Both the position numbers and the translations under genes were made by a program. A stretch of DNA of 64,000 bases from an uncultured Gemmatimonadales bacterium (GTDB taxonomy: Bacteria; Gemmatimonadota; Gemmatimonadetes; Gemmatimonadales; GWC2-71-9): positions 64,001 to 128,000 of the forward strand of contig CAVSQW010000005.1 of assembly GCA_963730185.1 (NCBI GenBank). Reading direction: 5' to 3'. Positions 1 through 10,242 of the stretch are shown in pieces (the first letter of the stretch is position 1; each line of letters opens with the position of its first letter). The notes below the pieces were generated by a model that did no database searches, was not told where the DNA came from, and was given only the letters and a program-made list of their open reading frames with translations.

Positions 1-324
1 GACGCGCCGACCCTGGGGTGGGAGGTCTACGCGCTTCGGCAGCAGTTCAATCAGGACGAGGGGATCATCCTGATCGCCGACGCGACCAAGCTGGCGTCGA
101 TCGGGCAGCTCAAGGCCGGGGTCGGGCTACCCTTCTCGCCGCTGTACTATGCCTTGGCCGATTTTCTCCGCAGCGTGGCCTTCCCGAACGTGCCGGTGAC
201 CTGCTCGGCCCGGGACGGACTGGAGTCGACGGTGGTGGGCATCATGGCCCATCGGGCAGTGACGACCGGCAGCTCGGTGCCGATCGTCGTTCCGGCGCCG
301 CCCGGAGCTCCCCCGGGGCGCTAG
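1..324 (+). CDS. C-terminal part of a probable Gfo/Idh/MocA-family oxidoreductase (5' end outside window)
   Basis: Frame 1 is open from base 1 to TAG at 322-324: DAPTLGWEVYA...ADATKL...SARDGLESTVVGIMAHRAVTTG. Codon usage is GC3-rich and the ending resembles Gfo/Idh/MocA C-termini. Confidence 0.5.
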   Translation, partial: DAPTLGWEVYALRQQFNQDEGIILIADATKLASIGQLKAGVGLPFSPLYYALADFLRSVAFPNVPVTCSARDGLESTVVGIMAHRAVTTGSSVPIVVPAPPGAPPGR

Positions 325-358
325 CGCCACCTGGCGCGATCGCCCCGGGTCGAGGTCG

Positions 359-856
359 TCAGGGTTTCCCGAAGAGGATGCCGCCAGCCAGCACGAACTG
401 CGAGCCGTTCCGTACCTCGAGCCTGGCTTCGACGAACGGGATGGCGGTCGTACCCTTCACGTTGAAGCGGAGGCCGCCGATCAGGTTCAGGCCCAGGTCG
501 GACGACCCACAGCTGTATCCGCCCGGACAACCATTCACGCTGCTGTGAGAATAGAGCAGCCCCGCCCCCGCGTAAGGCTTGAGGTTCTCGGCCGAGGTGT
601 CGAACCGATAGATGCCGTTGCCCGAGAGCTCCCAGTAGTCGAAGCCGTTGGGGAAGAAGTAGTCGAAGGTCACCTGGCCTTCGATCGGATTGCGCTTCGA
701 GAACTCGCCCAGGCCGAAATTGGCCCGGGCGCCGAGGCCGAAGTCGGTATCGGTTCCCCAGCTCACGTTGGCACCGAACCGGAACTGGGCCTGCGCCTGG
801 GTCGCGCCGAGCGTGACAAACCCCAAGGCCATCAACCCGACCAGCAACTTTCTCAT
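359..856 (-). CDS. Outer-membrane beta-barrel protein (8-stranded OmpA/Ail-like)
   Basis: Sec signal ending AQAQA, amphipathic strands, PYAGAG motif, near-terminal aromatic strand (GGILF). Confidence 0.75.
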   Translation of the reverse strand: MRKLLVGLMALGFVTLGATQAQAQFRFGANVSWGTDTDFGLGARANFGLGEFSKRNPIEGQVTFDYFFPNGFDYWELSGNGIYRFDTSAENLKPYAGAGLLYSHSSVNGCPGGYSCGSSDLGLNLIGGLRFNVKGTTAIPFVEARLEVRNGSQFVLAGGILFGKP

Positions 857-948
857 GGATCCTCCCTCGAAGTCATCGGGCCCGGGTCGATCGCCAGGGC
901 ACGAGTGGTCACCGACCGTCGGAATGACGAACGGTGGGTTGCCGGAGC

Positions 949-1917
949 TCAGGACGTCCCGTCGTCGCGGGCCGGCGTGAGCAGGATGTTCCGGTAGCGG
1001 ACACCGGTGTGGTCTCCCTGAAGCATAAGGGGGCCGGGGGCGGCTTCGTCGCTATCCAAGGCCCCGCCGGTAATGCCGGGAATCTCTTGACCGTCGATGA
1101 CGGTGACGCCGTTGAGCACCACGGTGACCACCCGTCCGACGAAGGTGATGTCGAAGGTCTGCCATTCGCCGGCGGGCCGGGCCGGCAGCGCGGTCGGGGT
1201 CACCTGTCCGTAGACGCCGCCCATTCGGCGGCTTCCCGGTGGCTGACCGAAGTCGTCCTGCACCTGGACCTCGTGCCGGCCCCGAAGGTAGATGCCGCTG
1301 TTGCCCCCCTTCGGGACGTCGACCTCAATATGAAGCGCGAAGTTGCCGAACCGTTGCAGGGAGACGAGGTCGCTGCTGGGCGTCCGGTTCTCGAGGACAC
1401 CACCCTCGAGCCGCCAGCCATTGGGTGCCCCGGACTCGCGGATTCGCCAGCCGTCGAGGCCGGATGCGAGCAGATCGACGGGCTCGGCCCAATTGACCAG
1501 CGGAGGCACCGCCAGAGCCGGCGCCCGACCACCGACGAGGGTCCACCGGCCCGAGGCACCGGTCATCGTGCCGTGAATCCGGTCACCTGCCCCAAGCCGG
1601 ATCTCGATGCTCGTAGGCTTGATGGATGGATCGCCTTCGTCGGGCCAGAGGAACGAGAAGCCCTCGGGCACCGCGTGAATCGCGGCGATCGGGGTCGCGT
1701 GCCCGAACGCACCCTGGAAGCGGCCGGCCAACGAGTCGCCGCTGGACACCACCTCGAGCCAGGCGGGGTGAGTCCCGTCGGGTCCGGTCAGGGTCAGGTC
1801 CCACCGGCCGAGGGGGGATGGGGATTGGGTCGGCGCGGCGGCGAGGCCGATCGCAACACAGAGCAGAGCGACGATCGTCACGCGCGGGACTCCCACGCCA
1901 GGGTCAGGCCGTCCCAA
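949..1917 (-). CDS. Exported DUF1080 (3-keto-disaccharide hydrolase-like) protein; start uncertain
   Basis: GGNSGIYLRG, EVQVQDD, GEWQTFDIT and GPLMLQGDH...VRYRNI motifs; hydrophobic signal segment. Confidence 0.85.
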   Translation of the reverse strand: MGRPDPGVGVPRVTIVALLCVAIGLAAAPTQSPSPLGRWDLTLTGPDGTHPAWLEVVSSGDSLAGRFQGAFGHATPIAAIHAVPEGFSFLWPDEGDPSIKPTSIEIRLGAGDRIHGTMTGASGRWTLVGGRAPALAVPPLVNWAEPVDLLASGLDGWRIRESGAPNGWRLEGGVLENRTPSSDLVSLQRFGNFALHIEVDVPKGGNSGIYLRGRHEVQVQDDFGQPPGSRRMGGVYGQVTPTALPARPAGEWQTFDITFVGRVVTVVLNGVTVIDGQEIPGITGGALDSDEAAPGPLMLQGDHTGVRYRNILLTPARDDGTS

Positions 1918-2031
1918 CGCGCGAATAGCCGGGCGGCAGCGCCCCGGAGGACCCGGATCCTCTCGGGCCGAGGGCTCCTCAGAATATACGGAAAGGTGCC
2001 CGGCGGGCGGCAGTGGGACGCCGCCCAGCCG

Positions 2032-2817
2032 TCAGTAGGAGATGCTGATCCCCGCGGTGAAGAACCGATCGGTCTTGGCGAACCGCTCGAGGGTGGGATT
2101 CGGGGCGGGCTTCAGGCCGGGCAGGTTGTCGTAGCGGACAACGTAGGCCAGCTTGAGCCCGATCGCCGTGGAGATCGGCGCCACCAGCGACGACTCGGAG
2201 TTGAGCCGCCAATCGGTGGCATCGTCGAAGTTCGGGAGGAAGTCGACCGACTGGCTCGCGAAGGCGGACTTGCTGAAGATGTGCTTATAGCTCGCCCCGA
2301 TCCGGCCGGCCTTGTAGTTGTTGTCGAAGGTACCGGGCGGCTCGGCGACGGTGTTGCGCTGTTGGAAGAGCGAGAGACCGCCTTCGAACTCGAGCTCGTC
2401 CCGAGGTAGCGCCACCGGCTTCCAGCTCAAGCCCACGGTTTCCTCGAACCGCCGAGCGATGCCTGCGAAGACGTTCCGGTCCCATCCGGTGAGCCCGAAG
2501 ACGAAGAGCCCGTCGGTCAGGTGGTGCTCCAGCCGGAGATGGCCTCGGTAGTTCTCGGCACTCTTTTCACCGTCGGTGCGACCATAGACCATCGCGAAGG
2601 TCTGGGTAAACACCAGCCGCTTATCTTGGGTCTGGGCGACGAACTTGTCTCCCACGTTGAACGCGGTGACGCTGCTGTTGCCGGCCGTGTTCACGAACCC
2701 TAGATCGGCCGAGGCGGACGTAGTTTTCACCGGCTGGGCCTGGGCCTGAGCCACGCCGGCGGCGAAGGTCGTCGCGAGGGCGAGTAAGCCGATGGAAGAC
2801 AAGAAGATACGTCGCAT
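2032..2817 (-). CDS. DUF481/YdiY-family outer-membrane beta-barrel protein
   Basis: ATG at 2817 (MRRIFLSS), signal peptide, GFVNTAGNS, DRNVFAGI, terminal ISISY strand. Confidence 0.8.
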   Translation of the reverse strand: MRRIFLSSIGLLALATTFAAGVAQAQAQPVKTTSASADLGFVNTAGNSSVTAFNVGDKFVAQTQDKRLVFTQTFAMVYGRTDGEKSAENYRGHLRLEHHLTDGLFVFGLTGWDRNVFAGIARRFEETVGLSWKPVALPRDELEFEGGLSLFQQRNTVAEPPGTFDNNYKAGRIGASYKHIFSKSAFASQSVDFLPNFDDATDWRLNSESSLVAPISTAIGLKLAYVVRYDNLPGLKPAPNPTLERFAKTDRFFTAGISISY

Positions 2818-2890
2818 GACCCGTTCGAGCTGAGATTTGGTAAGGGCTACAAGAAAAGCGGGCCGGCCCCAAACCGCAACCGGGAATTCG

Positions 2891-2906
2891 GCGCAAGATC
2901 CGGATG
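2891..2906 (+). promoter_or_regulatory. Candidate Ada-binding site (GCGCAAGATCCGGATG)
   Basis: Lies about 55-70 bp upstream of ada and shares the GCGCAA core of the E. coli Ada box, with AAT just upstream. Confidence 0.35.
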
Positions 2907-2961
2907 GTCCCGTTGGACCGAAACCGCTACGGTGGAGGACCCCGAACCCGCGAAACGCCGA

Positions 2962-4062
2962 ATGACGATGATGACCGCCAAGCCCCTGATCCTGCCCGAC
3001 TCCTGGACGCCTGAACGCGCCTGGCGCGCCGTGACCGGACGTGACGCCTCGGCCCGTGGAGCGTTTGTCTACGCGGTCCGGACCACCGGAATCTACTGCC
3101 GGCCGGGATGCCCCTCCCGCCTGCCCCGGCGTGAGAATGTCCGCTTCTTCGCCCAGGGCGAGGCAGCCAGACTGGCGGGTTACCGGGCCTGTCTCCGGTG
3201 CCGACCCGACGAGACGGTCGACGGGGCCGATTCGCTGGAACGGGCCCGGGCCCTGGTGCTGGAGCGAGACGACCCGGTCACCCTGAGCGAGCTGGGGCAA
3301 GCGGTGGGTCTCAGCCCGGCCCATCTCCAACGCCGGTTCAAGCAGCGATTCGGCGTGTCGCCCCGCGAGCTCTGGAACACCCACCGGGAGGAGCGCTTCC
3401 GATCACTCCTTCGCGAGGACGGGGCCACCGTGACCCGGGCGACCTACGACGCCGGGTTCGGCTCCAGCAGCCGGGTGTACGAGCGGGCGGCGACCACCCT
3501 GGGCATGACGCCGGCCCGGTACGCGCGGGGCGGGCCGGGGCTCGCGATCCGCTACACCGTCGTGGATTCGCCCCTCGGGAGGCTGCTGGTCGCCGTCACC
3601 GACCGCGGGGTCTGCGCGGTATCGCTCGGGACGACGGACGAGGCGCTGGCGTCCGGGCTTCGGAAGGAATTCCCGCGGGCGACGCTGAGCCGGGTGGACG
3701 AGGGCGACGCATGGCTGGCCGCCATGGTGGACCGGGTGGCCCGGGCCGTCTCGATGGAGTCGCCCTACCCCGGCGGCCCGGAGCTGCCGCTCGAGCTGGT
3801 GGGGACGACCTTCCAGCGACGGGTGTGGCGGGCGCTGCTGGAGATCCCGGCGGGCGAGACCCGAAGCTATGGGCAGCTCGCGGATCGGCTCGGCGACCCC
3901 AAGGCGACCCGTGCGGTCGCGCGAGCCTGCGCCTCGAACCGGCTGGCGGTGGTGGTCCCCTGCCACCGGGTGGTGCGAAGCGACGGCTCGCTGGGCGGTT
4001 ATCGCTGGGGCCTTCCGGCCAAGGAGGCCCTGCTGGCCCGGGAGCACGCCGCGGCTGGCTGA
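2962..4062 (+). CDS. ada: Bifunctional transcriptional activator / O6-methylguanine-DNA methyltransferase Ada
   Basis: Zn/methyl-acceptor domain TTGIYCRPGC...RACLRC, AraC HTH, C-terminal PCHRV active site. Confidence 0.95.
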   Translation: MTMMTAKPLILPDSWTPERAWRAVTGRDASARGAFVYAVRTTGIYCRPGCPSRLPRRENVRFFAQGEAARLAGYRACLRCRPDETVDGADSLERARALVLERDDPVTLSELGQAVGLSPAHLQRRFKQRFGVSPRELWNTHREERFRSLLREDGATVTRATYDAGFGSSSRVYERAATTLGMTPARYARGGPGLAIRYTVVDSPLGRLLVAVTDRGVCAVSLGTTDEALASGLRKEFPRATLSRVDEGDAWLAAMVDRVARAVSMESPYPGGPELPLELVGTTFQRRVWRALLEIPAGETRSYGQLADRLGDPKATRAVARACASNRLAVVVPCHRVVRSDGSLGGYRWGLPAKEALLAREHAAAG

Positions 4063-4093
4063 TCCGGCCAATCGGGATCGGCCCTGGCTTGCC

Positions 4094-4122
4094 TTGTCCA
4101 GCCGGGTGGCCCGCGGTATCCT
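4094..4122 (+). promoter_or_regulatory. Candidate sigma70 promoter of the aldo/keto reductase gene
   Basis: TTGTCC-N17-TATCCT. Confidence 0.5.
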
Positions 4123-4184
4123 CGCGGTGCCGGCGGCACTTCAGGGGTACCGCCGGCACCGACACTCAGCCCAGGATACCGCGC

Positions 4185-5177
4185 ATGCAATACACCCGGC
4201 TGGGCCGGACCGGCCTCACCGTCTCCCGTATCTGCCTCGGCTGCATGAGCTATGGCGACCCCCAGTGGCGGCCCTGGGTGCTCGACGAGCAGGCGGCCAA
4301 GCCGTTCTTCCGTCGGGCGGTCGAGCTGGGCATCAACTTCTTCGATACCGCCGACATGTACTCACTCGGGGTGAGCGAGGAGGTGACCGGCCGGGCCCTC
4401 CGGGAGTACGCCCGGATGGACGAGGTGGTGCTGGCGACCAAGGTCTTCTTCGGGATGCGGGGCGAGTCGGCCAACATGGGCGGACTTTCCCGGAAGCACA
4501 TCGTCCAGGGCTGCGAGGCGAGTCTCAAGCGGCTGGGCGTGGACACGATCGATCTCTACCAGGTCCACCGGTTCGACCCCGAGACGCCGATCGAGGAGAC
4601 CCTCGAGGCGCTCGACCTGCTGGTCCGCCAGGGTAAGGTGCGCTACCTCGGCGCCAGCTCGACCTACGCCTGGAAGCTGATGAAGGCGCTCTCGATCTCG
4701 GAGCGGCGGGGGCTGGCGCGGTTCGTCTCGATGCAGAACCACTACAACCTCCTCTACCGCGAAGAGGAGCGAGAAATGATGCCGCTCTGCCGGGACGAGG
4801 GGTTGGGTGTCATTCCGTGGTCGCCGCTGGCGCGGGGCGTGCTGGTCCGACCGGTGACCGACCGCACGGCGACGGCCCGAGGCGAGAGCGACAAGCTCAC
4901 CCCTGAGCTCTACGATCACCCGGGCGACACCCAGATCATCGAGGCCAATCTCAAGATCGCGACGGCGCGCGGCGTCTCGCCGGCCGAGACGGCGCTGGCC
5001 TGGTTGCTCTCGCGGCCGGGGGTGACCGCTCCGATCGTCGGGATCACCAAGCTCCCCCAGCTCGACACGGCGGCAAAGGCGGTGGACCTGACGCTCACCG
5101 CCGAGGAGTGCGCCGCGCTGGAGGCGCCTTACACCCCCCGCGGCATCAAAGGCTGGTACGAGGGGCGGCGGATCTAG
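4185..5177 (+). CDS. Aldo/keto reductase (YajO/Tas-like)
   Basis: LGRTGLTVSRICLGCMSYG, FFDTADMY, LATK, IDLYQVH, QNHYNL, PWSPLA. Confidence 0.95.
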   Translation: MQYTRLGRTGLTVSRICLGCMSYGDPQWRPWVLDEQAAKPFFRRAVELGINFFDTADMYSLGVSEEVTGRALREYARMDEVVLATKVFFGMRGESANMGGLSRKHIVQGCEASLKRLGVDTIDLYQVHRFDPETPIEETLEALDLLVRQGKVRYLGASSTYAWKLMKALSISERRGLARFVSMQNHYNLLYREEEREMMPLCRDEGLGVIPWSPLARGVLVRPVTDRTATARGESDKLTPELYDHPGDTQIIEANLKIATARGVSPAETALAWLLSRPGVTAPIVGITKLPQLDTAAKAVDLTLTAEECAALEAPYTPRGIKGWYEGRRI

Positions 5178-5674
5178 GAGGCCGACCGGGCGCGGACCTC
5201 CTCCTCGGTGAGGCCGAAGAGCTGGGGGGCCTCGACGCCGAGGAGGCCCAGTTCGAAGTAGATCTGGCCGCGGTGGTGGGCTTCGTGCTCGACCATCGCC
5301 CGGAGCCACTTGGCCGTGGTGATGGAGGTGCCGGCCGGAGTGATGCTCTTGCCGGCGAGCTCGGCCGGCGTGAGGGTTTCGAAGATGGCGCAGGACTCGG
5401 CATGCAGCCGGTCCATCAGGTCACCGACCGCCGACCGGTCGGAGGCCGGCTCCGGCCCGTGACCGGCGTAGCGGCTGGGGCGCCCGGCCACGTTCTCCGC
5501 GTACATCCACCGTTCGATGGCGGCCAGGTGCCGGAACTGGTCGCCCAGGGTCCAGCGGCCCCCACCGGGCGACCATTCCAGCCGATCTTCGGGCACCAGC
5601 GGCAGGAGTCGGCGGGTGCGACGGCGCACTCCACGCCAGTACTCGACGAACGTTGGTCCTGAATCCGGCAGCAT
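5174..5674 (-). CDS. DinB-family protein (cytoplasmic)
   Basis: DQFRHLA and EHEAHHRGQ His triad; ATG at 5674 with a GGAGG RBS. Confidence 0.9.
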   Translation of the reverse strand: MLPDSGPTFVEYWRGVRRRTRRLLPLVPEDRLEWSPGGGRWTLGDQFRHLAAIERWMYAENVAGRPSRYAGHGPEPASDRSAVGDLMDRLHAESCAIFETLTPAELAGKSITPAGTSITTAKWLRAMVEHEAHHRGQIYFELGLLGVEAPQLFGLTEEEVRARSAS

Positions 5675-5903
5675 CGTGGCACCTCCTGCATCGGCTGAGA
5701 TCGGCGGGCGCGAAGCCCTCGGACGACGCCGGAATGTTCCACCCGGAGCACCGCGCTCGGCAAGCCGGCGGCCGGGCGACCGGACCGGATCTGTTGACCG
5801 AACGGCCGCTTCTTCCCATTGTATCCGCGGGGCCGAATTCGACCGGCCCGGAGGAACGAATGGAGCGACCCCGCTCTCGCACCCCGAACCAGGGGAGGCG
5901 CCG

Positions 5904-6344
5904 ATGCGCAGCCCGACGGAGGCCCGAGTGACCACGACGCAACCAGACCGCATTCGCCAGTATCTCCGGCGCCGCGGCTGTACACCCAGCATCGTGAAAG
6001 GTGGCCTGGAAGGTCTCGTCTCCCATTGGGACAGCGTGGTCGGCGCCGTCGAGGAGGGCTACGACCTCACCCTGAGCGACTACCGGACCGACATGGAGCT
6101 CCGGGACGTCCTGGCAGGCGCCCTGGACGTCGCGACCACGGACGACCGGGCCCAGGCCGAGACGGAGATCGAGACGCTGGACCGCCGGTTCCGCGAGCTC
6201 ACGGTGGACTGCCCCCCGATCGTGAGCGAGGACGTCATCGAGGAGAACGGGTACGACCCGGCGGAGCAATGGTGGTTCTATCGGCGGCCCACGAGCCCCG
6301 CCCCCGACTTCGAAGAGGAGCTCCGCGAAGCCGACCTTGTCTGA
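5904..6344 (+). CDS. Acidic helical hypothetical protein
   Basis: GC3-rich ORF with RBS GGAGG; overlaps the next gene by 8 bp; WWFYRRP near the C-terminus. Confidence 0.75.
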   Translation: MRSPTEARVTTTQPDRIRQYLRRRGCTPSIVKGGLEGLVSHWDSVVGAVEEGYDLTLSDYRTDMELRDVLAGALDVATTDDRAQAETEIETLDRRFRELTVDCPPIVSEDVIEENGYDPAEQWWFYRRPTSPAPDFEEELREADLV

Positions 6345-6747
6345 CGCCGGCCCCCCGGCTCAGCTGCTTCTCTACGACGGAGTCTGCGCCCTCTGCAACT
6401 GGGCGGTTCGGCTGGTCCTTCGCTTCGACCGCCGCCGGACCATGGAGTTCGCCCCGCTGGGCGGACCGACGGCCACCCGCGCTCTCGCCTCTCATCCCGA
6501 GCTCGCCTCGGTCGACTCCATCGTCCTGATCGAAGGCGACCAGACCAGCGTTCGCTCGACCGCGGTGCTCCGAGTGGTGCGCTATCTCGGCCGGGCCTGG
6601 AAGATCCTGCTGGTGGGCTACCTGATTCCCCGGGAGATCCGGGACTCGCTCTACGACGTGGTGGCGCACTGGCGGAAGCGGATCTTCGGCCGGTACGACA
6701 CCTGTCCGCTACCTCCCGCTGAGCACCGATCGCGATTTCGGGCCTGA
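6337..6747 (+). CDS. DCC1-like thiol-disulfide oxidoreductase (DUF393)
   Basis: LYDGVCALC (DxxCxxC), RDSLYDVVA.WR..IFG. Confidence 0.9.
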   Translation: MSDAGPPAQLLLYDGVCALCNWAVRLVLRFDRRRTMEFAPLGGPTATRALASHPELASVDSIVLIEGDQTSVRSTAVLRVVRYLGRAWKILLVGYLIPREIRDSLYDVVAHWRKRIFGRYDTCPLPPAEHRSRFRA

Positions 6748-6758
6748 GGCCGCGGGCA

Positions 6759-6787
6759 TTCACGAAACAGAACGCTCGTTGTATTCT
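6759..6787 (+). promoter_or_regulatory. Candidate sigma70 promoter of the beta-oxidation operon, with a palindromic operator in the spacer
   Basis: TTCACG-N17-TATTCT; the spacer contains the dyad AACG-CT-CGTT. Confidence 0.5.
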
Positions 6788-6815
6788 CCTGTTCGCCCTC
6801 AGCGGACCCGTTCCC

Positions 6816-8021
6816 ATGCAAGACGCCTTCATCTTCGACGCCGTGCGGACCCCCCGTGGCCGGGGCAAGCCGGACGGTTCTCTCCACGAGGTCTCGCCGG
6901 TGGAGCTCCTGGCCACGCCGCTCCGGGCGCTGGTGCGCCGGAACGCGCTCGACGCCTCGCTGGTCGAGGATGTCATGGTCGGATGCGTCGACGCCGTCAA
7001 GGACCAGTCGGGGGTCGGCCGGTGGGGGGTGCTCGCGGCCGGGTATCCGGAGCAGGTGCCGGCGACGGTCATCAACCGGTACTGCGGGTCGGGACTCGAG
7101 TCGGTGAACCTGATCGCCGCCAAGGTCATGGCGGGTCAGATCGACCTCGGCGTCGGCGGTGGGGTGGAGCAGATGTCCCGGGTGCCGATGGGGTCGTCGG
7201 GATTCGCGCCCGCCACCGACCCCCTGCTCGCGGCCGCATTCCACTTCGTGCCGCAGGGCGTCTCGGCCGATCTGATCGCGACCCGGAGCGGGTACTCGCG
7301 GGCTCGCCTCGACGGGTTCGCGGTCGAGTCGCAGCAGCGGGCCCGGGCGGCGTGGGAGGGTGGCCACTTCGCCAAGTCGGTGGTGCCGGTGGTCGATCGG
7401 AACGGCCTCACGATCCTGGACCGGGACGAGCATCCCCGCCCCGACACCACGGTGGAGAGCCTGGGCAAGCTGGAACCGTCGTTCGCCAAGGTGGCCAAGC
7501 TGGCCGGGTTCGATCGGGTGGTGCTCCAGCGGTATCCGGAGATCGAGCGGTTGGCCTTCTTTCATCACGCCGGGAACTCGAGCGGCATCGTGGACGGTTC
7601 GGCCGCGGTACTGGTCGGTAACCAGGCGGCCGGGGAACGGATCGGCGCCAAGCCGCGGGCCCGGATCCGGAGCTTCGCGGCGGTGGGGGCTGATCCGCTG
7701 ATCATGCTCACGGCGCCGGCCGATGCCAGCCGGAAGGCGTTGGCGAAGGCGGGGCTGAGCGTGAGCGACGTGGATCTCTGGGAAGTCAACGAGGCGTTCG
7801 CGTCGGTGGTGCTCTACTTCATGGATCAGACGGGCGTGTCGCGGGACACGATCAACGTCAACGGCGGCGCCATCGCGATGGGCCACCCGCTGGGCGCCAC
7901 GGGCGCGATTCTCCTCGGCACCCTGCTCGACGAGCTGGAGCGGCGGGGCAAGCGCATCGGAGTCGCGACCCTCTGCGTCGCCGGCGGCATGGCCGTCGCC
8001 ACCGTCATCGAGCGCGTCTGA
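6816..8021 (+). CDS. fadA: Acetyl-CoA C-acyltransferase (thiolase)
   Basis: NRYCGSG active Cys, [18 protein letters not shown]. Confidence 0.93.
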   Translation: MQDAFIFDAVRTPRGRGKPDGSLHEVSPVELLATPLRALVRRNALDASLVEDVMVGCVDAVKDQSGVGRWGVLAAGYPEQVPATVINRYCGSGLESVNLIAAKVMAGQIDLGVGGGVEQMSRVPMGSSGFAPATDPLLAAAFHFVPQGVSADLIATRSGYSRARLDGFAVESQQRARAAWEGGHFAKSVVPVVDRNGLTILDRDEHPRPDTTVESLGKLEPSFAKVAKLAGFDRVVLQRYPEIERLAFFHHAGNSSGIVDGSAAVLVGNQAAGERIGAKPRARIRSFAAVGADPLIMLTAPADASRKALAKAGLSVSDVDLWEVNEAFASVVLYFMDQTGVSRDTINVNGGAIAMGHPLGATGAILLGTLLDELERRGKRIGVATLCVAGGMAVATVIERV

Positions 8022-8035
8022 CCGGAGCCACGACC

Positions 8036-10165
8036 ATGGGAACACATCTGACCGCCGCGCTCGACGCCGACGGCATCGCCACCCTCACCTGGGCCATGGC
8101 GGGTCGTCAGCCCAACACCTTCAACGAGGCCACGATCGCCGAGTTCGAGGCCGCGATCCACGAGCTCCTGGCCGACGCCAAGGTCAAGGGCATCGTCATC
8201 ACCTCGGCCAAGTCGGACTTCATCGTCGGCGCCGACCTCGGGATGCTCCAGCAGGTCGGGAGCATGTCGCGGGAGGAGTTTTTTCGCCGAGTGCGCCGGA
8301 TGCAGCAGCTCTTCCGCGCCGTGGAGACCGGCGGGAAGCCGGTGGTCGCGGCGCTCAACGGGACCGCGGTGGGTGGCGGGTTCGAGCTGGCGATGGCGTG
8401 TCACGTCAGGGTCGCCGCCGACCACCCGGCCATCCGGGTCGGGCTCCCCGAGGTGCAGCTGGGGTTGCTGCCCGGCGCCGGAGGGACTCAGCGAATGCCG
8501 CGGCTGATCGGCGCCCGGGAGGCACTCGGGCTGATCACCCAGGGCAAGACGATCCCGGTCAAGAAGGCGTTGGAGCTCGGGCTCCTGACCGAGGTGGCGC
8601 CCGCCGACCAGCTCCTTGACCGGGCCAAGCACCACGCCCGGACGGCGGAACCGGTGCAGCCCTGGGACAAGAAGGGGTTTCGAATCCCCGGCGGCGAGGT
8701 CCACTCGGCGGCCGGGTTCGAGACCTTCACCGGTGCCAACGCGATGATCACCAAGGAGACCTGGGGCAATTACCCGGCGCCTCGGCTCGCCGCGTACGCG
8801 ATCTACCACGGCCTCCAGATGCCGATCGACCAGGGTGTGAAGGTCGAGGCGCGAGGCTTCGTGGAGCTGGCGTTCGATCCCAAGACCCAGGCGATGATTC
8901 GCACGCTGTTCTTCAGCATGGGCGACGCGAAGCGGCTCAAGGGCCGCTCGAAGACGGTGCCGGTCAAGGCATACGAAAAGATCGGCGTGCTGGGCGCGGG
9001 GCTCATGGGCCACGGGATCGCGCATGCGGCCGCGACCAACGGGATCGAGGTCGTGCTGCTGGACGTGGACCAGGCGGCGGCCGAACGGGGCAAGGAGCGG
9101 ATCGGCGCGATCCTCCAGGCGGCGGTCGCGAAAGGGCGGTTGAGCGAGGACGCAGCCAAGGCCGCGATGGGCCGGGTTCACCCGACGGCCAGCTTTGACG
9201 ACCTGAAGCCTTGCCAGCTGATCGTCGAGGCCGTGTTCGAGAAGCGGGAGCTCAAGAACGAGGTGGTGAAGAAGGCCGAGGCGGTCATCACACCCGAGAC
9301 GATCTTCGGGAGCAACACGTCGACGCTCCCGATCACCGGGCTCGCGACCGCAAGCAGGCGGCCCGACCAGTTCATCGGGCTCCACTTCTTCTCGCCGGTC
9401 GAGAAGATGCCGCTGGTCGAGGTGATCCTGGGTGAGAAGACCGCCGAGGCCACGCTGGCGCAGGCGCTCGACTTCGTGAAGGCGATCGGCAAGACGCCGA
9501 TCGTGGTCCGGGACGGGCGCGGGTTCTTCACCAGCCGGGTCTTCGGCACCTACCTGGTGGAGGGCGTGGCGATGCTGGCCGAGGGGGTCGAGCCGGCGTT
9601 GATCGACAACGCGGGACGCTTGGCGGGGATGCCGATGGGCCCGCTCACCGTGGCCGACATGGTCAACATCGACCTCTCCTACAAGATCCGAATGCAGGCC
9701 AAGGCCGACCTGGGCGAGAAGTACGTCGCCCACCCGGCCGACGCAGTGGTCGAGCTGATGGTGAAGGAGGGGCGGTACGGCCAGAAGACCAAGGCCGGGT
9801 TCTACGACTACACCGACAGCGGCAAGCAGCTCTGGCCCGGCCTCGCGAAGCACTTTCCGGTGGCGGCCGAGCAGCCGAGCCTCGAGGCGATCACCCGGCG
9901 GCTGCTCCACATCCAGGCGATCGAGACGCTCCGGTGCATGGAGGAGGGGATCGTCCAGCGGCCCGAGGACGCGGACGTAGGATCGATTCTGGGGTGGGGG
10001 TTTTGCCCGTTCGATGGTGGCGTGGCGTCGTACGTGGACCTCGTGGGGACCAAGCGGTTGGCGGCGGAGTGCAACGAGCTGGCGGCAACGTGCGGGGCGC
10101 GGTTTGCGCCCCCTGCGCTGCTCCGCGAGCTCGCGACCGCCGGGACCGGGCTCTACCCCGCTTAG
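8036..10165 (+). CDS. fadB: Fatty-acid oxidation complex alpha subunit (enoyl-CoA hydratase / 3-hydroxyacyl-CoA dehydrogenase)
   Basis: Crotonase GGGFELA and PEVQLGLLPG, Rossmann GAGLMG, SNTSTLPI, GLHFFSP; 14 bp after the thiolase. Confidence 0.93.
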   Translation: MGTHLTAALDADGIATLTWAMAGRQPNTFNEATIAEFEAAIHELLADAKVKGIVITSAKSDFIVGADLGMLQQVGSMSREEFFRRVRRMQQLFRAVETGGKPVVAALNGTAVGGGFELAMACHVRVAADHPAIRVGLPEVQLGLLPGAGGTQRMPRLIGAREALGLITQGKTIPVKKALELGLLTEVAPADQLLDRAKHHARTAEPVQPWDKKGFRIPGGEVHSAAGFETFTGANAMITKETWGNYPAPRLAAYAIYHGLQMPIDQGVKVEARGFVELAFDPKTQAMIRTLFFSMGDAKRLKGRSKTVPVKAYEKIGVLGAGLMGHGIAHAAATNGIEVVLLDVDQAAAERGKERIGAILQAAVAKGRLSEDAAKAAMGRVHPTASFDDLKPCQLIVEAVFEKRELKNEVVKKAEAVITPETIFGSNTSTLPITGLATASRRPDQFIGLHFFSPVEKMPLVEVILGEKTAEATLAQALDFVKAIGKTPIVVRDGRGFFTSRVFGTYLVEGVAMLAEGVEPALIDNAGRLAGMPMGPLTVADMVNIDLSYKIRMQAKADLGEKYVAHPADAVVELMVKEGRYGQKTKAGFYDYTDSGKQLWPGLAKHFPVAAEQPSLEAITRRLLHIQAIETLRCMEEGIVQRPEDADVGSILGWGFCPFDGGVASYVDLVGTKRLAAECNELAATCGARFAPPALLRELATAGTGLYPA

Positions 10166-10242
10166 AGGACCGAGCGGGCACCGGGCCGCTGCGTGATCCC
10201 TCACGACGGCCGCTGAGCCCGCGCCGACCGGAGGCCCGACCG

